A DNA stretch of 64,000 nucleotides, from positions 2,670 to 66,669 of the forward strand of contig CAZOBQ010000001.1 in assembly GCA_964578155.1 (NCBI GenBank), given 5' to 3'. Source of the DNA: an uncultured Lentisphaeria bacterium (lineage in GTDB: Bacteria > Fidelibacterota > UBA8477 > JABMPR01). The position numbers and the translations under genes are program-made. Every line of letters begins with the position of its first letter. Within the stretch, counting starts at the first letter, position 1. Positions 8,261-17,157 of the stretch are shown here, piece by piece. Under the pieces are notes generated by a model, which was given only the letters and a program-made list of their open reading frames with translations, did not search any database and was not told where the DNA came from.

Positions 8261-9967
8261 TTAACTCGCCAGCTCCTTCGGCTGCATCTCAACGTATTTA
8301 TCAACATCTACTTCATCGATATATTTGGCATCTAAATATTCGTCTGCATAGGTTTGAAAAACACCCTCTTTCAAAAAGACATCAAACAAATCTGCATCAA
8401 TGTGATGATCCATCTTAAAGAAGCCCATAATTCGCATGGCTTCTGACAGGGTTTTTCCTTTTTTATAAGGTCGATCACTGGCGGTTAAGGCTTCAAAAAT
8501 ATCAGCGATACCCATGATTCGGGCCTGGATTGACATATCAGCTTTTGTCAATCCCTTGGGATATCCCGTTCCAATCATAGTCTCATGGTGACCACCGGCA
8601 AATTCCGGAACGCGTTTGAGATGTTTTGGAAAGGGGAGCTTCTCGAGCATGTCAATAGTTACCACAATGTGATCATTAATCTTGTCACGTTCCGAGTTAC
8701 TCAGAGTACCTCTTGAGATGTTCAGGTTCATGACCCAATCTTCAGAAAGGAGATTTTGTTCTTCTCCGTTTAATACGATCTTCTGCGTGGCTATTGTGTT
8801 GACGCGCTCTTTGAGCTCATCAGCCATAAACTCACCACCCGTGTTGCACTGATTCAAAAACAGCCTATCACTTTCGAGCTGAATCAGGGTTGCATCAAAA
8901 TCATCCTTTAATTGTTTTTGTTCGGTCTTGTCAGGTGTCTTCGCCAAAGCTCGTAGATATTTAATCTCAGCATCGCGATTGAGAACCTCAAATCGAGCAT
9001 TTAGTTCAGCAACTCGGTCATAGATCGTTTCCAGTTTGGTGGCTTTATCAACCACATATTCTGGTGTGGTGATCTTACCTACATCATGGAGCCAGGCAGC
9101 GATCCGAAGTTCATCCATATCTTCTTTCGAGAATTGAACATCAGCGAACATGCCTTCGGTGCTTTGGTTCACCTTTTCAGCCAACAGAATTGCCAGAGCA
9201 GGAACACGTGAGCAATGCCCTCCGGTGTAAGGTGATTTTTCATCAATGGCATCAGCAATTAGCTGAATAAATGATTCTAATAAATTTTCCAGCCCTTCGA
9301 TGAGGCGAACATTGGTAATAGCCACTGCAGCCTGGCTGGCCAAAGACTCGATGAGCTTCTGCATGTCAGTGGAAAAGGGAATGATCTCATTTGAATCAGA
9401 TTCGGTGGCATTGATCAGTTGAAGTACACCGATTATATCGTTCTCATGGTTTTTCATGGCGATTGTTAAAAATGATTGAGAATGATATCCAAAACGTTCG
9501 TCAAAGCCCTTTGCTCCAGAGAAATCAAATTCTTGGTTCTCATAGGCATCTGGAATATTAAGTGTTTTACCGGTGAGGCCGACATAGGCTGAAACATTAC
9601 TATGGTTTGGCTTCCCATCATCAGGATTATATAGTTTGACCGGATAGATCTGCTCAGGAATGGGTGTATCACTGATACCACCCATATCAGTCCCCATGGT
9701 CTTGTTCTTCATGATCTCAAAGGCCAGGCGGTCATCCTCAGTAGCAAGATAGAGGGTGCCACCATCAGCGTTGGTGATTCTCATACTCTCTTCAATGATC
9801 AGATTGAGTAGGGTGGGTAGATGGCGCTCGTAGGAAAGTTGATAGCCGATTTCAGCCAGTTTATCTATTTGAGTTTCGCATTGAACTATGTAGTTCAATA
9901 CATCCGGATCAACCTTGGCCAGGTATGTTTTTATTTCAGAACGATTTATATAGTGCTTGGTACTCAT
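8261..9967 (-). CDS. GAF-domain / HD-GYP-domain cyclic-di-GMP phosphodiesterase-type signalling protein
   Basis: 568 aa with a GAF-like N-terminal half. HD motif is AAWLHDVGKITTP; GYP motif is HHETMIGTGYPKGL. Confidence 0.85.
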   Translation of the reverse strand: MSTKHYINRSEIKTYLAKVDPDVLNYIVQCETQIDKLAEIGYQLSYERHLPTLLNLIIEESMRITNADGGTLYLATEDDRLAFEIMKNKTMGTDMGGISDTPIPEQIYPVKLYNPDDGKPNHSNVSAYVGLTGKTLNIPDAYENQEFDFSGAKGFDERFGYHSQSFLTIAMKNHENDIIGVLQLINATESDSNEIIPFSTDMQKLIESLASQAAVAITNVRLIEGLENLLESFIQLIADAIDEKSPYTGGHCSRVPALAILLAEKVNQSTEGMFADVQFSKEDMDELRIAAWLHDVGKITTPEYVVDKATKLETIYDRVAELNARFEVLNRDAEIKYLRALAKTPDKTEQKQLKDDFDATLIQLESDRLFLNQCNTGGEFMADELKERVNTIATQKIVLNGEEQNLLSEDWVMNLNISRGTLSNSERDKINDHIVVTIDMLEKLPFPKHLKRVPEFAGGHHETMIGTGYPKGLTKADMSIQARIMGIADIFEALTASDRPYKKGKTLSEAMRIMGFFKMDHHIDADLFDVFLKEGVFQTYADEYLDAKYIDEVDVDKYVEMQPKELAS

Positions 9968-10126
9968 TGTCAGTCTCCAGATCTTTGCGTATCAATAGAA
10001 GCTTTAAAATAACCGTGAGATTAAATAATGGGTCGATTATTTGTGCCCAAGATGGAAGAATTCCAGTATGCACTACTCACCGGATAATGTTAAATTCCAG
10101 CACTTCAACTTGAAAAAGGAGCCTTT

Positions 10127-11440
10127 ATGAAGAAAACCCTCGTTCTGGACACCAATGTTATCCTACACGACAGTGACTGTATTTCCAATTTTGAAGATAA
10201 TGATATTATTCTGCCCATGGCGGTACTGGAAGAGTTGGACCATTTTAAAAAGGGCAATGATGTCCTGAATTATCATGCCAGAGCTTTTGTTAGAGCCATA
10301 GAGGAGCTCTCTAGTGAGAAAATGTTTGAAGAGGGCGTCAAATTAGGGCTCAAACAGGGTATCTTTAGAGTTGAGATCAATTCTACCAGCGAGGATCTAG
10401 CTGGCGTTTTTACCGAGGATATAACTGACCATCGCATTCTCTACACTGCTTATGAATTAGCAAAAAAGGATAAGCAGCGAGTGGTTCTGGTTAGTAAAGA
10501 TGTTAACCTCCGGATGAAAGCCAAAGCCATTGGTTTAGAATCTCAAGATTATTTTACAGATAAAGTGGCTAGTGTTGATGAGCTCTACACGGGTAAATCA
10601 ATTGAAGAACATGTAGACTCTGCCCTCATCGATAAGCTGTATAAAACGCCATTTGAAGTCCCTTTTGATGAGACCGCAATAGAAGGTCTACCTGAACCCT
10701 GGCACCACTATATCATGAAGAATGAACAAAAATCAGCTTTAGCTGTCTATAATCCGCTTCAGGATATGTTACAACGTCTTGATAAGAGAGAAGCACATGG
10801 CATTCTACCTCGTAATGCAGAACAGTTGTTTGCTCTGGATATTCTTACCAACGATGATATCCCGTTGGTTTCCATTACTGGAAAAGCCGGAACCGGCAAG
10901 ACACTTCTGGCCTTAGCCGCTGCCATGGAAAAGAAACGATCATACCGACAGATCTTTATCGCTCGACCCATCGTGCCCTTGAGTAATAAGGATATCGGAT
11001 ATTTGCCTGGAGATATTCAATCCAAGATAGACCCTTATTTGCAGCCACTCTGGGACAACCTCAAGGTGATCCAAAACCAGTATTTAAATAACAATTCTGA
11101 ATTCGAAAAGATCAATAAGCTGGTAGAAGAAGAGAAGATAGTGATCGCTCCCCTGACCTATATCAGAGGACGCAGCTTACAGAAGATTTTCTTTATTGTG
11201 GATGAAGCTCAGAACCTGACACCCCATGAAATTAAGACCATTATTACGAGAGCTGGAGAGGGCACCAAGGTTGTATTTACCGGTGATATTTTCCAAATCG
11301 ATCATCCATTCCTGGATAGCCAATCCAACGGACTCTCATACTTGATCGATCGCTTCAAAGGTCAGCGCTTATACGCGCATATGAATTTGGAAAAGGGGGA
11401 AAGGTCAGCATTGGCGGAGCTGGCTTCGAACCTCCTCTAG
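10127..11440 (+). CDS. PIN-domain + PhoH-like ATPase (YlaK family)
   Basis: 437 aa. The N-terminal PIN is VLDTNVILHD...AVLEELD. Walker A is GKAGTGKT, with the IVDEAQN box and PhoH C-terminal motifs. AAGGAG RBS. Confidence 0.88.
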   Translation: MKKTLVLDTNVILHDSDCISNFEDNDIILPMAVLEELDHFKKGNDVLNYHARAFVRAIEELSSEKMFEEGVKLGLKQGIFRVEINSTSEDLAGVFTEDITDHRILYTAYELAKKDKQRVVLVSKDVNLRMKAKAIGLESQDYFTDKVASVDELYTGKSIEEHVDSALIDKLYKTPFEVPFDETAIEGLPEPWHHYIMKNEQKSALAVYNPLQDMLQRLDKREAHGILPRNAEQLFALDILTNDDIPLVSITGKAGTGKTLLALAAAMEKKRSYRQIFIARPIVPLSNKDIGYLPGDIQSKIDPYLQPLWDNLKVIQNQYLNNNSEFEKINKLVEEEKIVIAPLTYIRGRSLQKIFFIVDEAQNLTPHEIKTIITRAGEGTKVVFTGDIFQIDHPFLDSQSNGLSYLIDRFKGQRLYAHMNLEKGERSALAELASNLL

Positions 11441-11461
11441 CAGCACACCTTCTCTGGTCTA

Positions 11462-11556
11462 GTCTTTCTGAGCGAGTAAGACGAGAGAAGAATCTCACTT
11501 TGCACATAAATTCCTGCCATTAAAGGGGGATCCTTCGACAGGCTCGCTCAGGATGA
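11462..11556. repeat. Inverted pair of CTGAGCGAG-type modules between convergent phoH-like and ogt genes
   Basis: GTCTTTCTGAGCGAGTAAGACGAGAGAAGAATCTC at 11462-11496 and CCTTCGACAGGCTCGCTCAGGATGA at 11532-11556. The 9-bp perfect core is CTGAGCGAG/CTCGCTCAG. Confidence 0.8.
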
Positions 11557-11573
11557 TATGGTCTAGGTAGTCA

Positions 11574-12092
11574 TTAAAACAGTGTCGGTGTGAACTTCTG
11601 CTGTTCTAGATCCAATAGTTTGTGCTTGATTTCCAAGCCACCTGTATAGCCACCTAAAGAGCCATCTGCGGCAATGACTCTGTGACAGGGGACAATGATC
11701 GGGATAGGATTTTGACCGTTGGCAGCTCCAACCGCTCGCATACCTCCAGGCTTGTCAATGCGATTAGCCAAATCTCCATATGAAATGGTCTTTCCATAAG
11801 GAATTCTGATCAATTCACTCCAGACACTTTTCTGGAAATCTGTTCCCTCAAATAAAAGCGGAATTTCAAACTCAGTCCGCTGTCCTGTGAAATATTCATT
11901 CAATTGCTTGATGATAATTTTGAAAGCCGATTGGGATTCCTTTATCTCAGCCTCAGGATTCATTGAGACTAGTTGTTCAAAGAGTTTTTCCTTGGCTTCC
12001 TGACCAAGACTAAGCGCACAAAGCTTATCTTCGCAGATAGCCAGATAAAGATGTCCCACTGGGGATTCTATTGCCGTATAAACAAATGTCAT
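11574..12092 (-). CDS. ogt: Methylated-DNA--protein-cysteine methyltransferase
   Basis: 172 aa with active-site IIVPCHRVI and the YGDLA helix-turn-helix region. Confidence 0.9.
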   Translation of the reverse strand: MTFVYTAIESPVGHLYLAICEDKLCALSLGQEAKEKLFEQLVSMNPEAEIKESQSAFKIIIKQLNEYFTGQRTEFEIPLLFEGTDFQKSVWSELIRIPYGKTISYGDLANRIDKPGGMRAVGAANGQNPIPIIVPCHRVIAADGSLGGYTGGLEIKHKLLDLEQQKFTPTLF

Positions 12093-12512
12093 TTAATTGG
12101 AGGAAGAAATGAGGAATTTCTCAATCCGTTCCTTAAGCTCATCTCTGGTCCGTCGATAATCCGGGAGTTTTGATTCATCCACATCCCAACCATGAAAGGG
12201 ATCTTTTGTGCTCCAGTGAATTCGCTGAACATCACCAGGAAAAGTTGGGCAGGTTTTTGCTGCCTGGTCGCAGACACTGATCACGATGTCTATTCCTGTC
12301 TCCAAATAACTTTTTACATCATCTGATGTTTGATTCCGGATATCAATCTTGAGCTCATCCATTGCCAAAATTGACATCGGGTGAACTTTGCTGGGCTCCA
12401 CACCAGCTGAGAAGACTTCGTATTTATCGTTAGCCAAGTTTCGTAGCAGTCCCTCGGCCATCTGCGAGCGACAGGAATTACCTGTACATAAAAAAAGAAC
12501 CTTTGTTTTCAA
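12093..12512 (-). CDS. arsC: Arsenate reductase, thioredoxin-coupled LMW-PTPase type
   Basis: 139 aa with the P-loop LCTGNSCRSQMAEG plus the downstream cysteine pair VCDQAAKTCP (Cys10/82/89 pattern). Its stop abuts the ogt start. Confidence 0.82.
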   Translation of the reverse strand: MKTKVLFLCTGNSCRSQMAEGLLRNLANDKYEVFSAGVEPSKVHPMSILAMDELKIDIRNQTSDDVKSYLETGIDIVISVCDQAAKTCPTFPGDVQRIHWSTKDPFHGWDVDESKLPDYRRTRDELKERIEKFLISSSN

Positions 12513-12524
12513 AAACGACTCCCG

Positions 12525-13004
12525 TTACCCCCGTTTTAGATAAACAACCCGCCAGTCATCGCTGATATGTCCAAGCAAATACCCGGCACCATAAGAAATA
12601 CCTCCCACAACGAGGAGTCCGCCTAATCCACCTTCTTCACTCTGGGTACCGTCGTCTGTTCCGTCCTGGTCATCTGCTGCATCCTCCGGATTTGTTAACG
12701 CGGCCAAAAGGATCAAGCCCATAAATGAGCCTGCAGAGATACGCCCAAATCGTTTTGCTTTGCCTTTTTTGGCCATGATCTGAATAACATCCTCGAATAA
12801 GAAAGTCTGGTCCTGACCCATGATCTCAAGAGTTGCTGACTCCATGGTCAAACGTAGATTTTTTCCCTCCAGATTTAATCCGTTGGCTAAAAAGATTCTC
12901 CCTTTTGCAAATTCTTGTGTCAAATCCTGAGCCTGTGCACCAGCAACAAGCAGGAATGCCAAAACCAACCCCAGTAGTCTCACAGTTTTTTTATGTGATA
13001 ACAT
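12525..13004 (-). CDS. Hypothetical secreted/membrane protein
   Basis: ORF with signal peptide LLGLVLAFLLVAGAQA and an acidic, Gly-rich C-terminal half with hydrophobic stretches. I moved the start to ATG 13004, which follows AAGGGAGGAAAG. The track start at 13022 is a TTG. Confidence 0.5.
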   Translation of the reverse strand: MLSHKKTVRLLGLVLAFLLVAGAQAQDLTQEFAKGRIFLANGLNLEGKNLRLTMESATLEIMGQDQTFLFEDVIQIMAKKGKAKRFGRISAGSFMGLILLAALTNPEDAADDQDGTDDGTQSEEGGLGGLLVVGGISYGAGYLLGHISDDWRVVYLKRG

Positions 13005-13093
13005 CTTTCCTCCCTTATCCAAATTCTTAAACGAAGCTGAATTTAGGATATTTTCTTATAGGGTAAAGCCCAACCTACACAAAAAACAATATT

Positions 13094-13156
13094 CTTAGCG
13101 TTTATTCGCCAATCTACTATAAAGCATAACTATTGTTATCTTTGTGCTTAGCGTTA
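13094..13156. promoter_or_regulatory. Direct repeat CTTAGCGTT(T)AT x2 in AT-rich promoter region upstream of the Lrp gene (candidate autoregulatory sites)
   Basis: CTTAGCGTTTA at 13094-13104 and CTTAGCGTTAT at 13146-13156 are spaced 52 bp start to start. They lie in a 199-bp AT-rich divergent intergenic region. Confidence 0.3.
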
Positions 13157-13203
13157 TATTTATTATGATTATTATATAAATACATACTGTTTATAAGGCT
13201 ATT

Positions 13204-13698
13204 ATGAGTATTGACAAAACTGACAATCTAATTTTGGAAATCCTCCAAGAAGAGGGTCGAATTTCAAATGCAGAACTCTCCAGAAGAATCGATCTGTCAC
13301 CACCACCGACCCTGGAACGAGTAAAGAAGCTGGAGAACAAGGGCTTCATTAAAAACTATGTTGCTTTGGTAGATCCAGGCAAATTGGGATTTACTTGTTT
13401 TACTTTCGTCGAGGTAACCCTGGTAAGGCACGGGAGTGAAAATGTCGAACGCTTTATCAAGGCTATTACAAAGCTAGATAAAATCATGGAGTGTTACCAT
13501 ATTACCGGAGGAGCTGATTTCATGCTCAAAATTGCCAGCCGGGATATTCCAGACTACGAAAACTTCATTTTACACGAACTAACAGCCCTTCCGGAGGTGC
13601 AAAACCTGAAAACCATGGTTGTGCTTTCCACTTTAAAGCATGAGACCCGCTTCCCATCCTCCACCACGAACTCAAACGATAAACTCACCAAAGGATAG
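13204..13698 (+). CDS. Lrp/AsnC family transcriptional regulator
   Basis: 164 aa with the HTH DNLILEILQEEGRISNAELSRRIDLSPPPTLERVKKLE and an RAM/AsnC_trans_reg C-terminal domain. Confidence 0.9.
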   Translation: MSIDKTDNLILEILQEEGRISNAELSRRIDLSPPPTLERVKKLENKGFIKNYVALVDPGKLGFTCFTFVEVTLVRHGSENVERFIKAITKLDKIMECYHITGGADFMLKIASRDIPDYENFILHELTALPEVQNLKTMVVLSTLKHETRFPSSTTNSNDKLTKG

Positions 13699-13702
13699 AT
13701 TC

Positions 13703-14737
13703 TTGACACCAAAAAAACATCTTATCGCTCTAGTAGGTTTCGGTACTGTTGCCAAGGGTCTCTGTCAGATCCTGCATGATAAACGTGATAAACTTTTGAA
13801 TGAACATGGTTTTGATTTTGAGATAGTGGCTGTCACTACTCGTTCTCGAGGTACTATGTATCAACCACAGGGAATCTTACTGGCTCATCTGCTTGAGCTA
13901 TCCAAAACAGCCGGTCCCTTTTCCGAGCACCTTAATGACTGGGATGCTGAGACCATGATTAGGAATTCCAACGCAACTGTTGTTGTAGAACTCGCCCACA
14001 CAAATATTGAGTCTGCAGAGCCTGCTTTGACCCATTGTCGGGCTGCGTTTGAAACTGGGAAGCACGTGATTTGCGGAAACAAAGGTCCTGCAGCAGTTGC
14101 CTATGATGAGATGAAGGCTTTGGCCTCTCAGCAAAATCGATTTTTTCTTAATGAGGCCACTGTTCTAAGTGGCACACCAGTATTCAGCTTTGCAAAAACA
14201 GCATTGGCTGGCAACACAATTCAGGGCATTCGCGGAATCTTGAACGGGGCAAGCAATTTCATGCTCAGCGAGATGGAGGCTGGCACACCTTATACACAGG
14301 CCTTGGAACTGGCAGAGAGCCTGGGCTATCTGGAAGCCGATCATACAGCAGATATCGACGGTTATGACGCTCAAGCTAAACTTGTTATTTTGGCCAATAT
14401 TCTCATGGGAACCACACTTCAGCTAGACGTGGTAAAGCGGACCGGCATTAACAGCATCACGCCTGAAGATATCCAATCGGCAAAACAGAACCAAGAGCGT
14501 TGGAAGCTAATCGCCACACTTAAACTTCAGGGAGAGACTATTCATGCAGAAGTGAAGCCTGAGAAGTTAGCCCTTAGCGATCCTCTAGCCCATGTCATGG
14601 GCACAACAAATTCCATTACATTTTCCACTGACCTTCTAGGTGACATCACAATCACAGGTCCAGGAGCCGGAAGTATGGAGACCGGCTATTCCATACTATC
14701 AGATTTGCTAACTATTAATAACGGGGAATCATTATGA
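13703..14737 (+). CDS. hom: Homoserine dehydrogenase (no ACT domain)
   Basis: NAD-binding IALVGFGTVAKG, then GILNGASNFMLSEM, LGYLEADHTADIDGYDAQAKLVILAN and GPGAGSMETG. The track ORF starts at 13640 inside the Lrp gene. TTG 13703, 5 nt after the Lrp stop, is more plausible. Confidence 0.8.
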   Translation: MTPKKHLIALVGFGTVAKGLCQILHDKRDKLLNEHGFDFEIVAVTTRSRGTMYQPQGILLAHLLELSKTAGPFSEHLNDWDAETMIRNSNATVVVELAHTNIESAEPALTHCRAAFETGKHVICGNKGPAAVAYDEMKALASQQNRFFLNEATVLSGTPVFSFAKTALAGNTIQGIRGILNGASNFMLSEMEAGTPYTQALELAESLGYLEADHTADIDGYDAQAKLVILANILMGTTLQLDVVKRTGINSITPEDIQSAKQNQERWKLIATLKLQGETIHAEVKPEKLALSDPLAHVMGTTNSITFSTDLLGDITITGPGAGSMETGYSILSDLLTINNGESL

Positions 14738-15924
14738 GTCTTGACCTAAAGGGAAAAGGTATAAATACAAGAGTAACCCACGCTGGCGAGAATCCAGATT
14801 CTACACACGGCAGCGTTTCGGTCCCAATTTACCAAACATCAACTTTTAAATTTCGCGATGTAGATCATGGGGCTCGCTGTTTCACTGGAGATGAAAAAGG
14901 TTATATCTATACCCGCGTTAGCAACCCAACCATAAATACGTTTGAAGAAGCTGTTACCGAGCTGGAACATGGTTTCGCCGGTATCGCCACAGCTACAGGC
15001 ATGGCAGCAGTCACAAATGTCTATATGACCTATTTGGGTGCAGGCGAACACATGGTGGGCACAGATGCCGTTTATGGTTCTTCTCGAATGGTGATGGAAA
15101 ATGAGTTTAGCCGCTTCGGAGTAGAGTATTCCTTTGTCGACACGACTGATCTGGACAAAGTTCGAGAAGCTATGCGACCCAACACAAAACTGCTCTATAT
15201 AGAAACACCAGCAAACCCAACCATAAAGCTTACAGATATATCTGCCTGCGCTAAAATAGCCCATGATCATGGATCCATTCTTGTCGTGGATAACACCTTT
15301 ATGAGCCCCATTTTGCAAAACCCACTTGACCTGGGTGCCGATATTGTACTCCACAGCATTACCAAATACATCAATGGCCATACTGACGTAGTTGGTGGTG
15401 TGATAATCACAAAAACCGAGGAAGATTTTGCCCGTTTAAAGGATGTGAGTATTGCGACGGGGGGTACAATGGATCCCCATCAGAGTTGGCTGGTCCTGCG
15501 TGGCATGAGAACCTTGTCCTTGCGGGTCCAGCGAGGTGAAGAGAATGCACGAAAACTAGCCGCATTTCTTGAAGCTCACCCGAAAGTTGAATGGGTTCGT
15601 TATCCCGGATTAAAATCTCACCCTCAACATGACCTGGCAAATCGGCAGATGAGGGGCTATGGATCAATGATCGCCTTTGAAGTAAGGGGTGGCGCCAAAG
15701 GTGGCAAAATCGTTCTGGACAATGTCAAAATTCCTCAGCTTGCTGTGTCCTTGGGCGGCTATGAATCGCTGATTCAGCATCCGGCTTCAATGACTCATCA
15801 TAATATACCGCGAGATGAGCGCTTGGACGCTGGCATTACAGATGGGCTGGTTCGATTGGCTGTTGGTACGGAAGATGTTGAGGATTTGCAGATGGATCTG
15901 GAGCAAGCTTTAGCTTTAGTCTGA
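14734..15924 (+). CDS. Cys/Met-metabolism PLP-dependent enzyme (trans-sulfuration family; gamma-lyase/gamma-synthase-like)
   Basis: 396 aa with YTRVSNPT, the PLP-lysine motif SITKYINGHTDVVGG, and ESLIQHPASMTH. ATGA overlap with hom. It has YGSS where bona fide methionine gamma-lyases have YGCT, so I do not commit to MGL. Confidence 0.88.
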   Translation: MSLDLKGKGINTRVTHAGENPDSTHGSVSVPIYQTSTFKFRDVDHGARCFTGDEKGYIYTRVSNPTINTFEEAVTELEHGFAGIATATGMAAVTNVYMTYLGAGEHMVGTDAVYGSSRMVMENEFSRFGVEYSFVDTTDLDKVREAMRPNTKLLYIETPANPTIKLTDISACAKIAHDHGSILVVDNTFMSPILQNPLDLGADIVLHSITKYINGHTDVVGGVIITKTEEDFARLKDVSIATGGTMDPHQSWLVLRGMRTLSLRVQRGEENARKLAAFLEAHPKVEWVRYPGLKSHPQHDLANRQMRGYGSMIAFEVRGGAKGGKIVLDNVKIPQLAVSLGGYESLIQHPASMTHHNIPRDERLDAGITDGLVRLAVGTEDVEDLQMDLEQALALV

Positions 15925-15945
15925 GACTTATTTTAACTCACGATT

Positions 15946-17157
15946 TTACTTTAGTTTAATATATTCACTCAAGTCCGAGTGCAATAACTCATACAGAACA
16001 CTCAGGTCGTCTTCAGGCACTGCGCACATTAAAAACCCGAAGACTGGAAACTGACCAAAGTCCGTTTGTCTTAATTCAAAGGGTGTGTCGATTTTTCTTA
16101 ATAGCTGATCATAATTAAAACTTTTAATCTGAGACCCCGAAACACCCGTACTATTATTTAAAACAACCAAGGCGTAAACCTTGCCTCCCCTTTGGGATAT
16201 AATTTTACTCCAGTCCGGCTTTAGGCCCTTGAAGAGCAATTCATATATATTTATTCCCCACGTATGTTGTGCCAGGTCAGGTGTTGAACACCAACCTCCA
16301 AAACGAAGGGGGTTAATTTCAATTGTATTTATCTCACCTGTTGCTTTAATCCGCAGTTCAATATGCGCCGGAAAGTCATGATACCCCAACAGCTTTCCAA
16401 TGGTAGTCAGGTGGTTTTGGATAGGCACCAGATATTGACTCAATATCTCAGTTGAAGTAATGTACACCCTGTCGTTCATGTCCGTCTCAGTGGCAAACAG
16501 ATGTTTCATCATATTTAAGACTACAGCGTTACCATTGTGGTCATAGTAGCAGTCTACTGCAAATTCTTCACCCTCGATGAGTTCTTCAATAATGAATCTG
16601 GTGTTGTCTAAAACTGATTCAGGATAGAGCCTGCTAATATCCCTACTGGTCTCATGGATTTGAGTTATGATGTCTTTCCATTCATTCGATTTCTGGATAC
16701 TGTACACACCGAGACTAAAAAAACCTATCGCCGGCTTGATGATTACCGGGAGTGGGATCTCTTGGATATTTAGTGAATCAATTTCCTCATACTTGACCTC
16801 CTGATAGAAGAATTCAGGGTTTTGTGGTTCAAGCACTTTCCGAAACAGGACTTTGTCCTTTGCTTTATGAATACTTCCGACCATTGCACCCTTGTGGTCA
16901 TGTGCATATATCCAATCCAACGTATTTTCTGAATTTGTATATATTATTTGGTTCGGGTTTTCTGATAGTTTTAAATTAGCACCTGCTTCACTAATAAAGT
17001 TAGTTTTTGATTCATCGAGATATTTTTGAGCCTCAGATGTTTTAACAACGGGAATGTTAAGCTGATAAATAGTTTGTTTTAAATAGTCCGAAACATATGG
17101 ACCATCTACGAGAAATATCACATCTAGCATATCGTTTTTACTAATATTGTTGTTCAA
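15946..17157 (-). CDS. ATP-grasp domain ligase (substrate unknown)
   Basis: 403 aa with PVIIKPAIGFFSLGVY, the EELIEGEEFAVDCYY central segment and IEINPLRFGGW C-terminal Mg/ATP-binding-like motif. These are characteristic of ATP-grasp carboxylate-amine ligases. Confidence 0.65.
   Translation of the reverse strand: MNNNISKNDMLDVIFLVDGPYVSDYLKQTIYQLNIPVVKTSEAQKYLDESKTNFISEAGANLKLSENPNQIIYTNSENTLDWIYAHDHKGAMVGSIHKAKDKVLFRKVLEPQNPEFFYQEVKYEEIDSLNIQEIPLPVIIKPAIGFFSLGVYSIQKSNEWKDIITQIHETSRDISRLYPESVLDNTRFIIEELIEGEEFAVDCYYDHNGNAVVLNMMKHLFATETDMNDRVYITSTEILSQYLVPIQNHLTTIGKLLGYHDFPAHIELRIKATGEINTIEINPLRFGGWCSTPDLAQHTWGINIYELLFKGLKPDWSKIISQRGGKVYALVVLNNSTGVSGSQIKSFNYDQLLRKIDTPFELRQTDFGQFPVFGFLMCAVPEDDLSVLYELLHSDLSEYIKLK

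Noticed and set aside
12093-13004. Treating the secreted hypothetical-arsC-ogt string as an arsenic resistance island
   Set aside because: No arsR, arsB/acr3 or arsA is present. Adjacency of arsC and ogt (0-nt gap) is probably just operon packing of unrelated small housekeeping genes.
13640-13702. 5' extension of the homoserine dehydrogenase ORF overlapping the Lrp gene by 59 nt
   Set aside because: The extension is Pro/Thr-rich (MRPASHPPPRTQTINSPKDRF) and is out-of-frame overlap with the Lrp C-terminus. The NAD-binding fold starts right after TTG 13703.
14839-15381. 180-aa minus-strand ORF
   Set aside because: It is antisense to the PLP-enzyme gene, whose frame carries unmistakable motifs. 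The composition (Cys/His/Phe-rich) is typical of a reverse-frame artefact.
14734-15924. Calling the PLP enzyme methionine gamma-lyase (mgl/megL)
   Set aside because: The family is certain, but the MGL-specific active-site Cys (YGCT) is replaced by YGSS and the gene is coupled to hom. The specific activity cannot be assigned from sequence alone.
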